A stretch of DNA of 64,000 nucleotides, from contig CM082591.2 of NCBI GenBank assembly GCA_040954595.2, forward strand, positions 3,519,957 to 3,583,956. Direction: 5' to 3'. The notes below the pieces were generated by a model. The model was not told the DNA's origin, did no database searches, and saw only the letters and a program-made list of their open reading frames with translations. The position numbers and the translations under genes were made by a program. Shown here piece by piece: positions 21,857-34,305 of the stretch. The stretch is from Balanoglossus misakiensis (taxonomy: Eukaryota > Animalia > Hemichordata). The first letter of the stretch is position 1. Each line of letters begins with the position of its first letter.

Positions 21857-23008
21857 CTATTTCCGTTTCCGGCAACAACACAGCATTTTCTTGAAGTTTC
21901 GACGAAAACGCACGTTACACAAGGCGTACAGGAAAGGGTTAAGAGTCGAATTAAACCGCAGCAGGTATAGACACGCTACCCAGATCGTATCGGACGCCGT
22001 GTACACGTTCTGGGAGAAAGTAGCCACCATTAAAGTGATGTTGTACGGTGCCCAGCATATGATGTAGGCTCCTACGATGATAGCAAGGGTCCTTGCCGTC
22101 TTGACGTGTCGTCTGTCCCTGGCTCGGGCGACGTCATGGTTTCTGGTGACGGTTTCGGTACTTGCTGGCCCGTTAGCGTTCTGCATCTGCACGACAGTTC
22201 CCGTCTGTGCGTTACGGGTCATTTTGAGCAACGCCATGGGGACCTGGAGCTTTTCGTTTTCCACCACCCCGCGGCCACGGTTCTCACTACCTTGCTGCGA
22301 GTTGAGCGTTGGCCGCGGGGACCCCCGCCTCCGGGACCTCCTGTACACGTTGACGTACACACATACGTTGAAGTACACCAGCAATGCCAGTGGTATGAAG
22401 CAGGTAACGATGGAGTACACAATGGCCGGTTCTTGGTGGTAGAGAAATTCGGCGTCGCAAGTCATGTGGTAGAAGATGGACTGCTCCGAGATCAAGTGTG
22501 GATAGCCCCAAACCAGAAGCACCGTCACCAAGCAGACGACGGCCCAGGTTGGCAAACACAGCACTAGCACCTTCCGTTTCGTCTGAAACATCTTGTAGCT
22601 CAGTTCCCGCGTCACAAGCCAGTATCTATCCAAACTGATCAGAACAATGGCACATATTGATCCCGTCGTGGCAATAAACTCGATGGTCAGCAGCGACTTG
22701 CAGACAATCTCGCCCAGTGTCCACACCGAGCCTTGGTACATGAACAAGGCTGCGTCCAACGGCAAGGGGACGCAGCCGACCAGGAGGTCGGCGCAGGCCA
22801 AGTTCACCAAGTACCAGTTGCTCATGTTGGAGCGGAGCTTCTCGTCTCTGTAGAACGCGACAAGCGTGAGAAGATTCCCCGTGATGGTGATGATCACGAA
22901 GATGCCGACGACGGCGACGATGAGACCAGCCTCCACGTAAGACCTCCGGTCAGTGGTCAAATTTGCCGTGGGTGTAACAGAAAACACATAAGACGTGTTT
23001 TCGTTCAT
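21857..23008 (-). CDS. Intronless rhodopsin-class aminergic-like GPCR (histamine H3/H4- or muscarinic-like), paralogue A, 383 aa
   Basis: First ATG at 23008 (MNENTS, N-glycosylation sequons; the track starts at an upstream GTG). Motifs GNLL, NLACADLLVG, ISLDRY, CDAEF, CFIP, CWAPY, NSTLNPFLY, helix 8 FRRNFKKML and a CCC palmitoylation site. Confidence 0.95.
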   Translation of the reverse strand: MNENTSYVFSVTPTANLTTDRRSYVEAGLIVAVVGIFVIITITGNLLTLVAFYRDEKLRSNMSNWYLVNLACADLLVGCVPLPLDAALFMYQGSVWTLGEIVCKSLLTIEFIATTGSICAIVLISLDRYWLVTRELSYKMFQTKRKVLVLCLPTWAVVCLVTVLLVWGYPHLISEQSIFYHMTCDAEFLYHQEPAIVYSIVTCFIPLALLVYFNVCVYVNVYRRSRRRGSPRPTLNSQQGSENRGRGVVENEKLQVPMALLKMTRNAQTGTVVQMQNANGPASTETVTRNHDVARARDRRHVKTARTLAIIVGAYIICWAPYNITLMVATFSQNVYTASDTIWVACLYLLRFNSTLNPFLYALCNVRFRRNFKKMLCCCRKRK

Positions 23009-24044
23009 TTTTATCCAGTTGGCCACAGTGCAAGTGACGAGTTACTTAACGCTCAACGCGTTTGGCAGTAACGATATTCCCGGACAGCTGCGCGAGCCTA
23101 GCTGCAGGAAAGCAATCTGCAGCTGAAACGGCGAAACATAAAATCCGTTTCCCGGGTATTCAAATACATGTACAGTGCTGTGGTCTCAGTTTCCTGTATT
23201 CTCCGCTTTCCGACTGTGTCATTCCTATTGAGAGGACAAACTGCGTTACTCTTTGGAGCACAATAAACACCAGTGGATGCATCCGTCTGCAGTTTCGATA
23301 GTGGGCAGATTATATCAAGACTCGAATTACATTTCCATTTGCCTGGCTTTCATGACTTCGGGCTGTATATGCAAATAGATGAAACTTAAGTGCAGGCCTC
23401 GCAATGGTGGAATCCCTGGGAGTGTCCCATAATTCCGAGGGGTGAGATGAACGATTGGTTGTGCTACTTCATAAAGTGTGATCCCCCCATGAAAGATTTT
23501 ATGGTAAACACCTCTCACAGTAAATTACACACGTGTTACCATGCACTATTTAAATGCTCATGAAACACACAAAAGTGAAGGTACTGTGAGTGGCACCATC
23601 GGATGATAAAATCAAACATGATTGATGAGCCAGCCCAGTCAACTTATGCATATGTTGTCTCACAATTATCACGAATTCCCAGTCCACTTATAACACTACT
23701 CTTCGATTTCAATGGCATGGCAGTTAATGTTCGCACAGTTTCACGATGCACGAAATAAAATCCACGCTCGGTTATTTAGTTTATGATTCTCTCGGCATGG
23801 TATAAGTGGGTAAAGCTGAATGTGTTGGCGAGTCGTGATGCTGTGTGTGGAGTGTGTCGGATGCCTCGAGGGGTCTCACGCCACAATGAAGACAGACGTA
23901 CTCGATGAAACAACATCAAACTGACCCAATTAGAGCATTGCCCACATATACATGGGTAACTAAGAGTATATAACGTTTCGCTTTCATTAAATAGCGCGAA
24001 AGCATTTAACAGTAATGATTGCCAACTGCGTGACGCTGAATTAA

Positions 24045-24127
24045 CCCTTTCACCACCATGGTTCAGTCCATCTATTGTTTTCTACGGTAAGGTTGGCCCT
24101 CTGAAGAGCGAACTGGGGGTGGAAAGG
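24045..24127. mobile_element. Tiny piggyBac-like MITE (~83 bp)
   Basis: TTAA-CCCTTTCACCACC ... GGGGGTGGAAAGG-TTAA: TTAA at both sides (24041-24044, 24128-24131) and an imperfect CC..GG TIR. Confidence 0.65.
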
Positions 24128-27100
24128 TTAAAGGATATCATGTCACATCTGTCGTGCGGTATTTTGACGAACGTGTATGCATGCAACGCAATAAACACTA
24201 TTCTAAACAAAAGTCTGATTCATTTTGCAGTGTTTATAATAACAGTCATCCGATCTTCTCTAAGCTTTCCATTCTTCTTGGAAGCGTGATGCAGCTCTGC
24301 TCTATATACCAGTTATCTTTTGTTAACAAAAACCGCACAGTCAATATTTTGAAACAAAATCAAAATAAGGCTAACAACGGCATGGAAAAGGCCTAACGGA
24401 AAATGTCAGCACATAAGGTCAAGCAGGAGGTGGCCAATTACTTCTGTAATTTTATGCCGTATTAGCGGGCTATTTTATCTCGTTACGTCAATTTGATGGT
24501 GACTGAATCGACCCTACAGGCATAACATGGGGGAGTAAACACTACGGGCACATTATCGGTTTACTGACACGGTATAATAGACCATATTCAGAACTACACA
24601 AGATCCTATGAGATTTCGCCAGTAAAATAACAACGTTGTTTCTATCACGATTCCAATGCGTATATGTCCAACGTGTTTTGTTTGCATATTTGCATAAAGC
24701 GGGCATATCTGTGTGGGGACTAGTTTTTTATAGTGTTTATGATTTATCAGGTATGTTTAGCTGACGAGCTCAGCGAGGGAAAGTACAGTAAAACATGGTG
24801 CATCACAAACGAAAATAACCTCCGTACTGCACAGAAATATATTCCTGGGCACACAGCATTCTGGTTTGCTCCCATATTTCAGTTGGTGTTGAGATGGAAA
24901 ATGTACAAATTGCAAAAAAGCCGCAGTATCAACTTTATTCTGCAATGAATTTGAACACCTGGTGACTGGCTCACAGATCTATTTTCTTCTTGTGATTTAG
25001 ACTCGTATAATCTTTCACTCATGATGTTTGAAACATGTTGGACATGGATTAACCATTTGAAAAGAATGCGTTTGCTATTGGCGGCAGTGGGTGGAAATGT
25101 AACCCGAGTGAATTCTGATTAAACTGGCCCTATCAAGTAAAAGAACTGGAGATTACTTCATATGCCAGAAATAAAGCTGACTTCTTTATATAACATGTTA
25201 GTAAAAACTATTTAGTCAACATCGTTCCAAAAATTGAAATTAGAATTATTTGAGCATGGTCATAAAGACCAGAATGGCTTTTAAGACCCCTTACCATCAC
25301 AAATCATGCGATTTCTATGGGAAAAACATACTGAAATTGAGAAGCATTCAAGAGAAAATAACAAGGCTGAAATCCTGCTAAGCCATTAAGCGCTGAAAGC
25401 CAAAAACGCTTTGAAGTATAAGCGCTGTTTTCCTGGTTTCAAATGACGGAATAAGATGACAGTCTTTCTCTTGAGCTATTGCTTGTTATTCGAACAGAAA
25501 AAGATTGAATTGTACACGTTTACTTATGAAGAATAGAGGTGGTGTTGTAATGCGAGCGAGAAAGATTGCAAATAAAAAAAATATCACCGGTAGCAGCCTA
25601 GGGCAAAATTTAAATGCAATCTGTTACTGTGTGTGGTTGATGAGATACAGCGAGGAGACAACAGCAGACGAAAGCAGCTAAGCCTTTACAAAGGCCTGTA
25701 TCTCTACAGCTGATCAGACTGAGAACTGCAGACAACAGATGGTGAACTGATTCAACATTACTATTGTGTCATGTGAACTACTGCATGAGCACGCACCAGC
25801 AGATACATGCATGCGCATCAGCATTCATCGGGCATGGAGTGCAATGATTGCTTCAGACACAGCGATACACCCCCATACACACATGCAGTGATCGAGAGGG
25901 CTGCCCATGCATTTTTAAGTCTAAAACGAGGGACTTAGATCTAGCATAAGGCATGGGAATGTGTTTACACGCAATGGTATATATCTAATCGAAATTCTAA
26001 ATTATGGCCATGAGTTTGAGTACGCACAACGATCAGTTGCATAAAATATACGCCCTAAATTTCAGAAAAGTCACGCGCAGTCATGCTCGCCAAATACTTT
26101 GCGATTTTTGTCCTGGTAAACTCGTGCTTTCACTGTATAGTCCTATTTACGCATCAATTGACTTCACTTGGATGGGAGAAAGGGGTTGCATGCTAGACTC
26201 ACCTGGAAACGCAAGACCACGTGGGCTGTGCGTTCGAGCTTCTTCACTCGATGTTCTCGGTTGATTGGAGCAGTAGTCAACAAGCACACTCTACATGTAA
26301 TTACTGTGCCCCCGGTCGGATGTCTTGGATGAAGCTATTTCACACATGGACACTTTCTCTGCAAGGGAGCGAGAGTATAACTGGTCGTCTGCTGAAACTT
26401 TCACGTCAATGCAGTTCGGTCAACGCATGCGCCGAAATATTAACATATGACAACATGTGGGTGTAGCATATACACTGCGTCAGAGTCATTAAAGGTACAT
26501 TCTGACTTCAGGTCAGTCATGATCCCTGACCTAGTCCCTGCCTGTGTTTAAGTGTCGTGATATTTATGAGATATTTTGAGAGGACAGGCTGAACGTGTTC
26601 ATGCAGGGAGAAACGAATTACAAACCATTTATGTGACTGTGGTTGTCGTGCTAAGTCGTGACGCAGAGACCTAAAAGAAACAACGTCCTTTGGCGGTGAT
26701 GAGGGTACTGTACCCACGCCAATACTTACTCATAAAAAGCAACCTGATCTGAGCTAGAAACACCAACAAAATCGCCGTGCACTCGCAAATCGAAGCTTAC
26801 TGCCCCATGGCGAGATCCACAGGAAACTAGACAATTATGAATAATTATGTAACAATAGAAATAAGTTATACGTGAGTCAGTCTATCTCTAGCAAGAAGTC
26901 AAGAAAGTCAAGCAAAAATTATCTTTCCGCATCAAATATTTACTTGACAATTATTTTGCCTTAAGACAGATATGTTAGTAAATTATTGATCATGCATTTA
27001 TTTATATTCATAAGTGTCCCTACTTTTCTCCTAATTTACGAGCGTCAGGGGAGGGTACAAGTTATGATAAAATACACATGAATATCAGTGTGCGTGGATC

Positions 27101-27311
27101 ACACGTGTATACTACCCTGGAAGCTAATAATTTTCTTCACAGTCACCCAGCTGTCGACTGTCTGTCCTCATTTCATTCTAATCCAGATTTACTTACATAG
27201 ATGTTAAATGGTTTAGATAGGTAGTCATGTCAAAAAGGGTGTGTGCCGTCCCGTCTGCAGCTGTGGTTAGGGGTCCCATTCAACACAGTTGCTACAAAGT
27301 AGGTGCAATGT

Positions 27312-27483
27312 GTAACTGCTACAATGTACATGTGGTTGTTACTTTGTATTACACTGTAGTATAACTGCTACAATGTACATAATTGCAAACAATGTGGTTG
27401 TTACTTTGTATTACACTGTAGTATAACTGCTACAATGTACATCATTGCAAACAATGTAATTGTTACATTGTATTACACTCTAC
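27312..27483. repeat. Minisatellite, ~3 copies of a 62-bp unit
   Basis: Unit TAACTGCTACAATGTACAT(AATTGCAAACAAT)GTGGTTGTTACTTTGTATTACACTGTAGTA starting at 27313, 27362 and 27424; the first copy lacks 13 nt. Confidence 0.9.
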
Positions 27484-30400
27484 TTCAAGGCAAATAAAGT
27501 GTTGTTACTTTTTATCACATTTTCAATTTATTTTGATATGAAATGTATTGGTTGACAGGGTTTTCCTGATTGTGTTTATATAAAGAAAAATCGCAAGTGT
27601 TCAGTTCAGGCGACCCTCAACCTTTAATGTGAGCAACGGCAAAAGGACAAGGTAATTTCACTGCAATATTTGCTTTCAGGAGCTTGAGACACGTCGAGAC
27701 ACAAGCTGGAAATTTTATGACAGTCCTTGATACTTGATATTCAGGCAAACGTATATACTTTGACCTTCTGAATTCCGATTAAATGTCAGGATTGTAAAAT
27801 ATTTTTCAAAAAATCCAATGCAACATCGCTATATGCCCTAAAATGACAATGACCTCATTGGGAGACAATGTGGCAAGGTTATTAACATGTTTGCGTTTGG
27901 ACGGTCTTTCTATTATTGAGGCAAAATAAATTGCAGAAAAAGACCAATAATTTAATTTGATTTTACAAAGCTACTCTGGAAACAAGTTGTGATTACATCA
28001 AACCTATTTATTGATTACTGGGGCGAGAGAGGGTGTTCCTAAAGATGCAACATTTGCTTGCATGAAAGTATGTCAAGACGTGATTGCAAAATTTGGTCCG
28101 CCCCTGCAACTCATATTACGAGTCCCCTCTAATCATATGGTCGACAACAACTGCACTTCTTCTCTGTCATGCCATTAAGCTTGAAAATAGCAAAATCCTA
28201 AATATTCTAATCACTGAACCCCCCCCCCCCCCCACAATACTGGCTAGACTTTCAGCTCTTTTCGAATTCACACTGCAGACAATGCTAAAACACACTGAAG
28301 TGAAGTGCAATTAAGTTTAGAGACGTGTTAGAGCTTTACTAGGCGCTAACAGACCATTAAGTTCTACTTTGCTGTTTGTTAACCTTCAGATGCTATCGCA
28401 TAGGTGCTAAAGGATAGTCGCCTTGACCTCTATTGGACTGACACAGGAAAACCTCAGCTACAAATATGTAAATATGAACACGGCGACACACCTGACCTAA
28501 ACAAACCTAATTTGGTGCACAGAGATAGTATAACCTTTATCTGGGCAGGTGCCCGACCCTGTATACTGAGACAATTCGGTAAATTTCACTGGCACCATTG
28601 TTCTCACACAACATGTGGACAGTTTTCAGAACCATACCAGCATTTCAGCAAGTTACAAACAGCAGTGTTATTTTTGACATCACGGTGTTTGCGCAGCAAA
28701 TCTGTTGGCGTCAGAGAAGTATCAACCCAGACTGATCTGCTCACAGACACAACATGCATGCACTAAATAATAATGAACAGCGCGATCGTCTGCGAACGTT
28801 CGCAGCTTATGCAAACATTGATGCCGTAAGGATAACACCATTAAAATTTAAGTTTGTCTTGTTTAGAGCCTAAATCTGATTAAAACCCCAGTTATTTATT
28901 GGCTAGTTTTCGTTAGCCTTTTCTTCTTCAATTTTCATTTCACAGGGCCGTGTGCACTTTGTGAGGTCGACCATTTACTGGTAATAATTTGCCACAGTTC
29001 TAGACTGAAAAATCCGTAATCCGTCGCCCGAGGGCGCTCCCTGCACCCTGAGACATAAAAGGGGAAAAAAACGAGTCATGACTGATTTGTGTCTATTGTA
29101 CTACCGTATGATGAAAACGGTTTGAGCTGCACAGAAGGAATATATTGGCAATCGATTTGTTTTCGATCAACACAGTAAAAAGAAACAATGTCTGCTTTTC
29201 CCATTCAAGGCATCAATGAAAAGTCACCTTGTTTTACTCGTTTCAAAACGTACGACAAAACATGACTGTTGCTAATAGCTTAATAATTGCTTAAAATCAC
29301 TCAGGTTTCATATTTGCACTCATAATCATATGTAACCCGATATGTCTGTTTCGACGTTGCAATTTCACAGAAATGAAGGACGGTGATACATTTGGCGTCG
29401 AAATCAGTCACGTACACATATATCATGTGTTCTTTCCTCAAACTCACTGTTTTCCTGCTATCGTGTGTGAAGAAGTCATATTTGATTGATGTTTCTTCGC
29501 GTGATGAAGGGATATTTGGATTGTGTTTTGTAATTTCCGTATGTTAGGTATATATTTGCTAATTAAAAAAAATAGTGCGAATGTGTTTTGGCGGGAATTT
29601 TTGCGCCTAAATATTCACCACGTACCAATTTCATAACAGATGAGAGGAACTGGTACTATTACCTCATGTTCGATCCTTTCGAAAAATCTGGCATCACCTC
29701 ACAAACACGTTAGCGGATAAGCGTACTACCATGTTATGTCATGGTGCAGCCAATTGAAGTAAGAGTTGAATACGCACAGGGAGTGTAGCTAAACTCAGTG
29801 AAACATGCTGTCGCCAGTGTCTCGCATTATCTCTGTCTGCCATTGGAATCTCTTCTAGCGATTTACCTACCTATTCTGATATGCGTTCGTCGTCAGATAG
29901 GACACACGGTCGACTCAAACAGTCTGACATCACATCACATCGAACTGTACTGATAGTAACAGAGGCGTCTAGCTCCAATGCTAGTCTGAGAAATGTGCGG
30001 GTTACTGTCATGCGTAGAAAGGATCTGTTTACTTATAATTGTTAGTTTGACCCAAAAACGGAGCCCTGCGTTTTATATATATATATACAAACCGGTATAT
30101 ATAGCGCCGCCCTCGCTTGTAACGTTACCAAAGTATAAATAGCACCGTGCACACAGCTGACACTTTTACCTGTGTATTTAGCATTACAGCAATAAAACAA
30201 ACCAGGCCGACTAAACAGTGAGACACAGCAGTTTGTATTGGCGGGTTGGTCATAAAGTCAGATGCTCGCGACCACCAGGTTTTGTGCAAGCACCCGATCA
30301 TATTTCTCCCTTTTTATTTGGATGCATTATAATGCATGGTGTTTAAAACTCACAAGTCACTTTAAAGGATATATGTGCCCTATAAGAAATTCGAAACCTG

Positions 30401-33072
30401 TTTTATATTATTATCATGTTTATGAGAATTTTGCGTTCAGCTACTGTGCATTAGCCTGGACATTCTTGATAAATTTAAAGAGTTAGTCGTACGCGGGCGC
30501 TGCAATGCTTCGCGTCGTGGATGGCAGTACCAAGCAAAACGCTGGAGTACAGTACAGTATACACACTCTGTAACTGTCAGGCATTTGTGCCACTACCGAA
30601 CGAAGACACGAGCACATAAATCACTGATCATACCATAGATTTCTGTGATTTTTAATCATATAGAATGGTGACTGCAGTGCAAGACTTGCAAAACTTTCAT
30701 GCTGACTTCAGTAGTCAGAAAGTATTTAACTGTTGCAATGAATTTCAATAACTATTACCAATAATTAAGTCTTTATTGCAAGGTTGGCATACAAAGTCCA
30801 ATTTTTAAGAAAGGATAAGCATTCATATCCTCCATAGCATTTCTCTGTAAAAAAAATACTGAACATGTTCTGTCTAGGCTGGAACAGTAGCTGTAATAAG
30901 TAAAGACACTAAGCGCCTAACTCATCATACAGTGTCTGGTCATTACTTTTGCACATGTTTTCAGCTTAGGTACTTTTCTGTGACGCGTTGTTTTCTCAAG
31001 TGACACTCTGCAAGGTTCCAGATGATTTCGCACAAATTTATCCAATCATCCAAAACAATTACTTTCGATACCCAATACACACGTCAATTCTTTTCTTCTG
31101 TTTTGATTATTAGCTTCTGTAAAAATGCCAGAAGCCTCAAAAAATTATTATACATAAGAGCACAGTAAAAAAAACTGAGCTCATCGTATAACATTTATGA
31201 ATGATACAAAATGGCACGTTTCCATTTATATAATTTCTGTGTAAAACTTTTACTACGGTTGAGGCTCGAGCACACTTGACGTCTTACGACCGGATATTGT
31301 GGACATTTCTCGACTATCTTTCTTTACTAATGATAGCTCTTAACACTCCCCACCCAGTAATAAATGTGGAACACAATAACATATGTTAACGTATTAAACA
31401 ATAGGTAGGTGACAATAAATTAATGTTTTTATGGTACGATCTGCGCAGCTGCATGCTGGTCGGCCAATGCGATTCCATATGCAAATTTCCTGTCGTTGGT
31501 CATTAGCATGCATATGAAGGGAGCTAAGATCACGCACGGTTCAACACACGAGTACTAGTAGTAGTAGTCTCACTCTATTTTCTATGGACGTAAGCAAAAT
31601 TGCCGCGCATAACATTTCTGCCTTCTGTTCAACAATAAAACTACCGATATGATAATTAATGTTCCCTACACCATCCACAGTATGCCCCCTGAAATTACTC
31701 GCATTACTCAAAATGGACTGCCCTTGCCTACAATTTTTTTTTATTGTCCCCTGTGTGCTTCAGGCTATAGCAAAATTCCCAGGGAACGTCCTCTGTGGAG
31801 AATTTGCCTAATGCAAAATTGTGTCGACATATTCGACGTTATATTCGACGTTATCAGCACAAAATGGAACAGATGAAAGTAATAAGTGTCACGGGCCAGT
31901 GACGTTACATGCATATATATAAATGTATGCCCAGTTTTATAAACAACGTCATGGATAAATGTGTCTCTATTACAGAAAGAATGTCATTTCAATGACGACC
32001 ATCAACTTTACACAACTGTATAGGAAAAGGTCGGACAGGGATTGTCATATTTTTAGGCTCAGCCTTCAGTCATTCATTTTCGTGCCAGTGTAACCTTGCT
32101 CACTGGTGACACTGAGTAACCATAGAGAGTCTTGGATTCATCATGTCATCCTTCCTTGACATTTTGCTCTTTGATGTGAGAATTTATTCAGTTAAGTCTT
32201 ATAGATGTCATGGAATATGCCAAACTGATGTTGACTTATCAGAAGCAAAGCACATGATGAGATATTTCAATTAACATTCCGCCATTAACGTATTCCTATG
32301 TGTACAACTTGCGTGAGATGAAATTCAAAGTAATATTAGATTTATCGCTGATTGAACATAAAAATGAAAATCAGACAGATCTTATCGTCTGTTGCATGAT
32401 TGCTGAACTTTCCCAATGGATACATATTTTGTAGACAAGTGTCATTGCAGATAATGCGAATACAATTGTTCCCCGGCTAACATATTAAACAAGATGGTAA
32501 TTTTTATCATTCTACAAACAATGGTCATTTTGTATCTTCGCCCTCCAAGGTCTAATTTCTGGTCGAGCCAACGAGCCGTGCGAGTGGACGATGACCAGTG
32601 TGAGGTTACAGAGTGACCTGGAATGAAATGTGATTTTATTTGAACCCTGATAACCTACTAAGTATTTAACCATCAAATGACGCACCAGCTCACATTACAG
32701 TTAGTAAATTCTCATGTGTATGTTGAATGTGATGAGACAACTGTTATACTATTTACAAGCCAGGCTCCAAGCAACAGGACACAAATGATGATCAGTTTCA
32801 GGATAAATCAGGTCAGATCAGGGGCCAATATTCAAGCGCTGACCATTTGTTGTTTTTAATGCAAGTTGACTGTACTTGGTTTATGTATACATGACAATAC
32901 ACCAGATTATTTTTGGCACATGTATTGCACAGATATTAAATGTGGTTTAATAGCAAGTCTGTACATGAAAATTCGAGGTTTGAAAAGAAGAGTATTGAAA
33001 AGTAGAAATGTTATCATGAAAACTGATGGATGGAAATAGTGTAGTAAAAACGTTCTGCCATTGTTTGTCACA

Positions 33073-34305
33073 TCAAAACTGGCGACCGCTTCCAAAGTGT
33101 TTCCTCGCAAAACACCTGCAATTCAGCATATCGTTGAAATTCTGTCGAAACTGCAAGTTGCACATACCGTACAGAAACGGGTTTAGGGTTGAGTTAAACC
33201 ACAGAAGGTACAAGCACACAGCCCACGCCGTTTCGGGTACAATGCACCCGCTGGGGCAAATTGTGGTGACAATCAGCATGATGTTGTACGGGGCCCAGCA
33301 GATGAGGTAGGCTCCGACAATGATGGCTAAGGTTTTGGCGGTTTTCACGTGTCGCCTGTCGCGGGTTCTGCTGGCCTGGATGGCGGCAGCCACAGCGTTT
33401 GCTCTACTATTTGAACCGCTGCTTTCCTTTTGGTTGTTGTGGCAACCGTTGGAACTTCCCACGGTGTGCATGACGACGGGAATTTGCAGCCTGTCCAGTT
33501 CATTCGCGTTGCCGATCTCCGGAGGCTGGTCAACAGGGGCGCGCTGCGAGCTCCTACGGCGCGATCTTCTATACACGTCAACATACACACATATGTTGAA
33601 GTACAGAAGCAGCGACAGTGGGATGAAACACGTGAGTATCGCATACACGATCGCCAGTCCTCGGTGAAAGAGAAACTCCGCTTCACATCCTTCATAATAC
33701 ACGTTGGCGGAGTTCTTCGATATCAGATAGGGATATGCCCAGATCATAAACAGCATGGTTAGACCGACCGCCAACCATGCCAGCGAACAGTGCAGCAATA
33801 CTTTCCCCTTGGTCTGAGACATTTTGTAGCTCAGTTCTCTAGTCACAAGGCGGTATCTATCCAAGCTGATTAAAACGATAGCGCATATGGATCCCGTTGT
33901 TGCGCTAAAATCGACTGTAAGTAACAACTTACAAGCAATGTCGCCGAGCGACCAGAAAGATCCCTGGTAGGCGTACAGAACCGCGTCGGTCGGCAGGGAC
34001 ACACAGCCCACCACCAGGTCCGCGCACGCTAAATTCACCAGATACCAGTTGCTGATGTTCGCCCGCAGTTTCTTGTCTCTGCAGAAAGCGGCTATCGTGA
34101 GCAGATTCCCCGCGATCGTGACGACCGCCAAGGCGCTGACGGCGACCACGACGAGACCGCTTTCGGCATCGAAAGTCGAACCCACATTCCCGGCAGCAGT
34201 TGTGTTTGCCGGCGGTGTTGAACTGTCGATCGCCGTTGAGTTATCAACCATCCCCGGAGTTGCGAAGGCAACTTGTTCGATCACGCGACTTTCGAGGGAT
34301 TTCAT
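33073..34305 (-). CDS. Intronless rhodopsin-class aminergic-like GPCR (histamine H3/H4- or muscarinic-like), paralogue B, 410 aa
   Basis: Single ORF with 7 TM segments: GNLL, NLACADLVVG, TM3 Asp (LTVDF), ISLDRY, CEAEF, CWAPY, LLWFNSTLNPFLY; long identical peptides shared with 21857-23008. Alternative start Met at 34251. Confidence 0.95.
   Translation of the reverse strand: MKSLESRVIEQVAFATPGMVDNSTAIDSSTPPANTTAAGNVGSTFDAESGLVVVAVSALAVVTIAGNLLTIAAFCRDKKLRANISNWYLVNLACADLVVGCVSLPTDAVLYAYQGSFWSLGDIACKLLLTVDFSATTGSICAIVLISLDRYRLVTRELSYKMSQTKGKVLLHCSLAWLAVGLTMLFMIWAYPYLISKNSANVYYEGCEAEFLFHRGLAIVYAILTCFIPLSLLLYFNICVYVDVYRRSRRRSSQRAPVDQPPEIGNANELDRLQIPVVMHTVGSSNGCHNNQKESSGSNSRANAVAAAIQASRTRDRRHVKTAKTLAIIVGAYLICWAPYNIMLIVTTICPSGCIVPETAWAVCLYLLWFNSTLNPFLYGMCNLQFRQNFNDMLNCRCFARKHFGSGRQF

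Noticed and set aside
22077-23071. Long + strand ORFs overlapping GPCR A (likewise 33320-34345 and the minus-strand ORFs at 11164-12459)
   Set aside because: Antisense shadows of GC-rich coding sequence.
27312-27483. Repeat array considered as CRISPR-like
   Set aside because: Contiguous tandem units without unique spacers, eukaryotic context and no cas genes.
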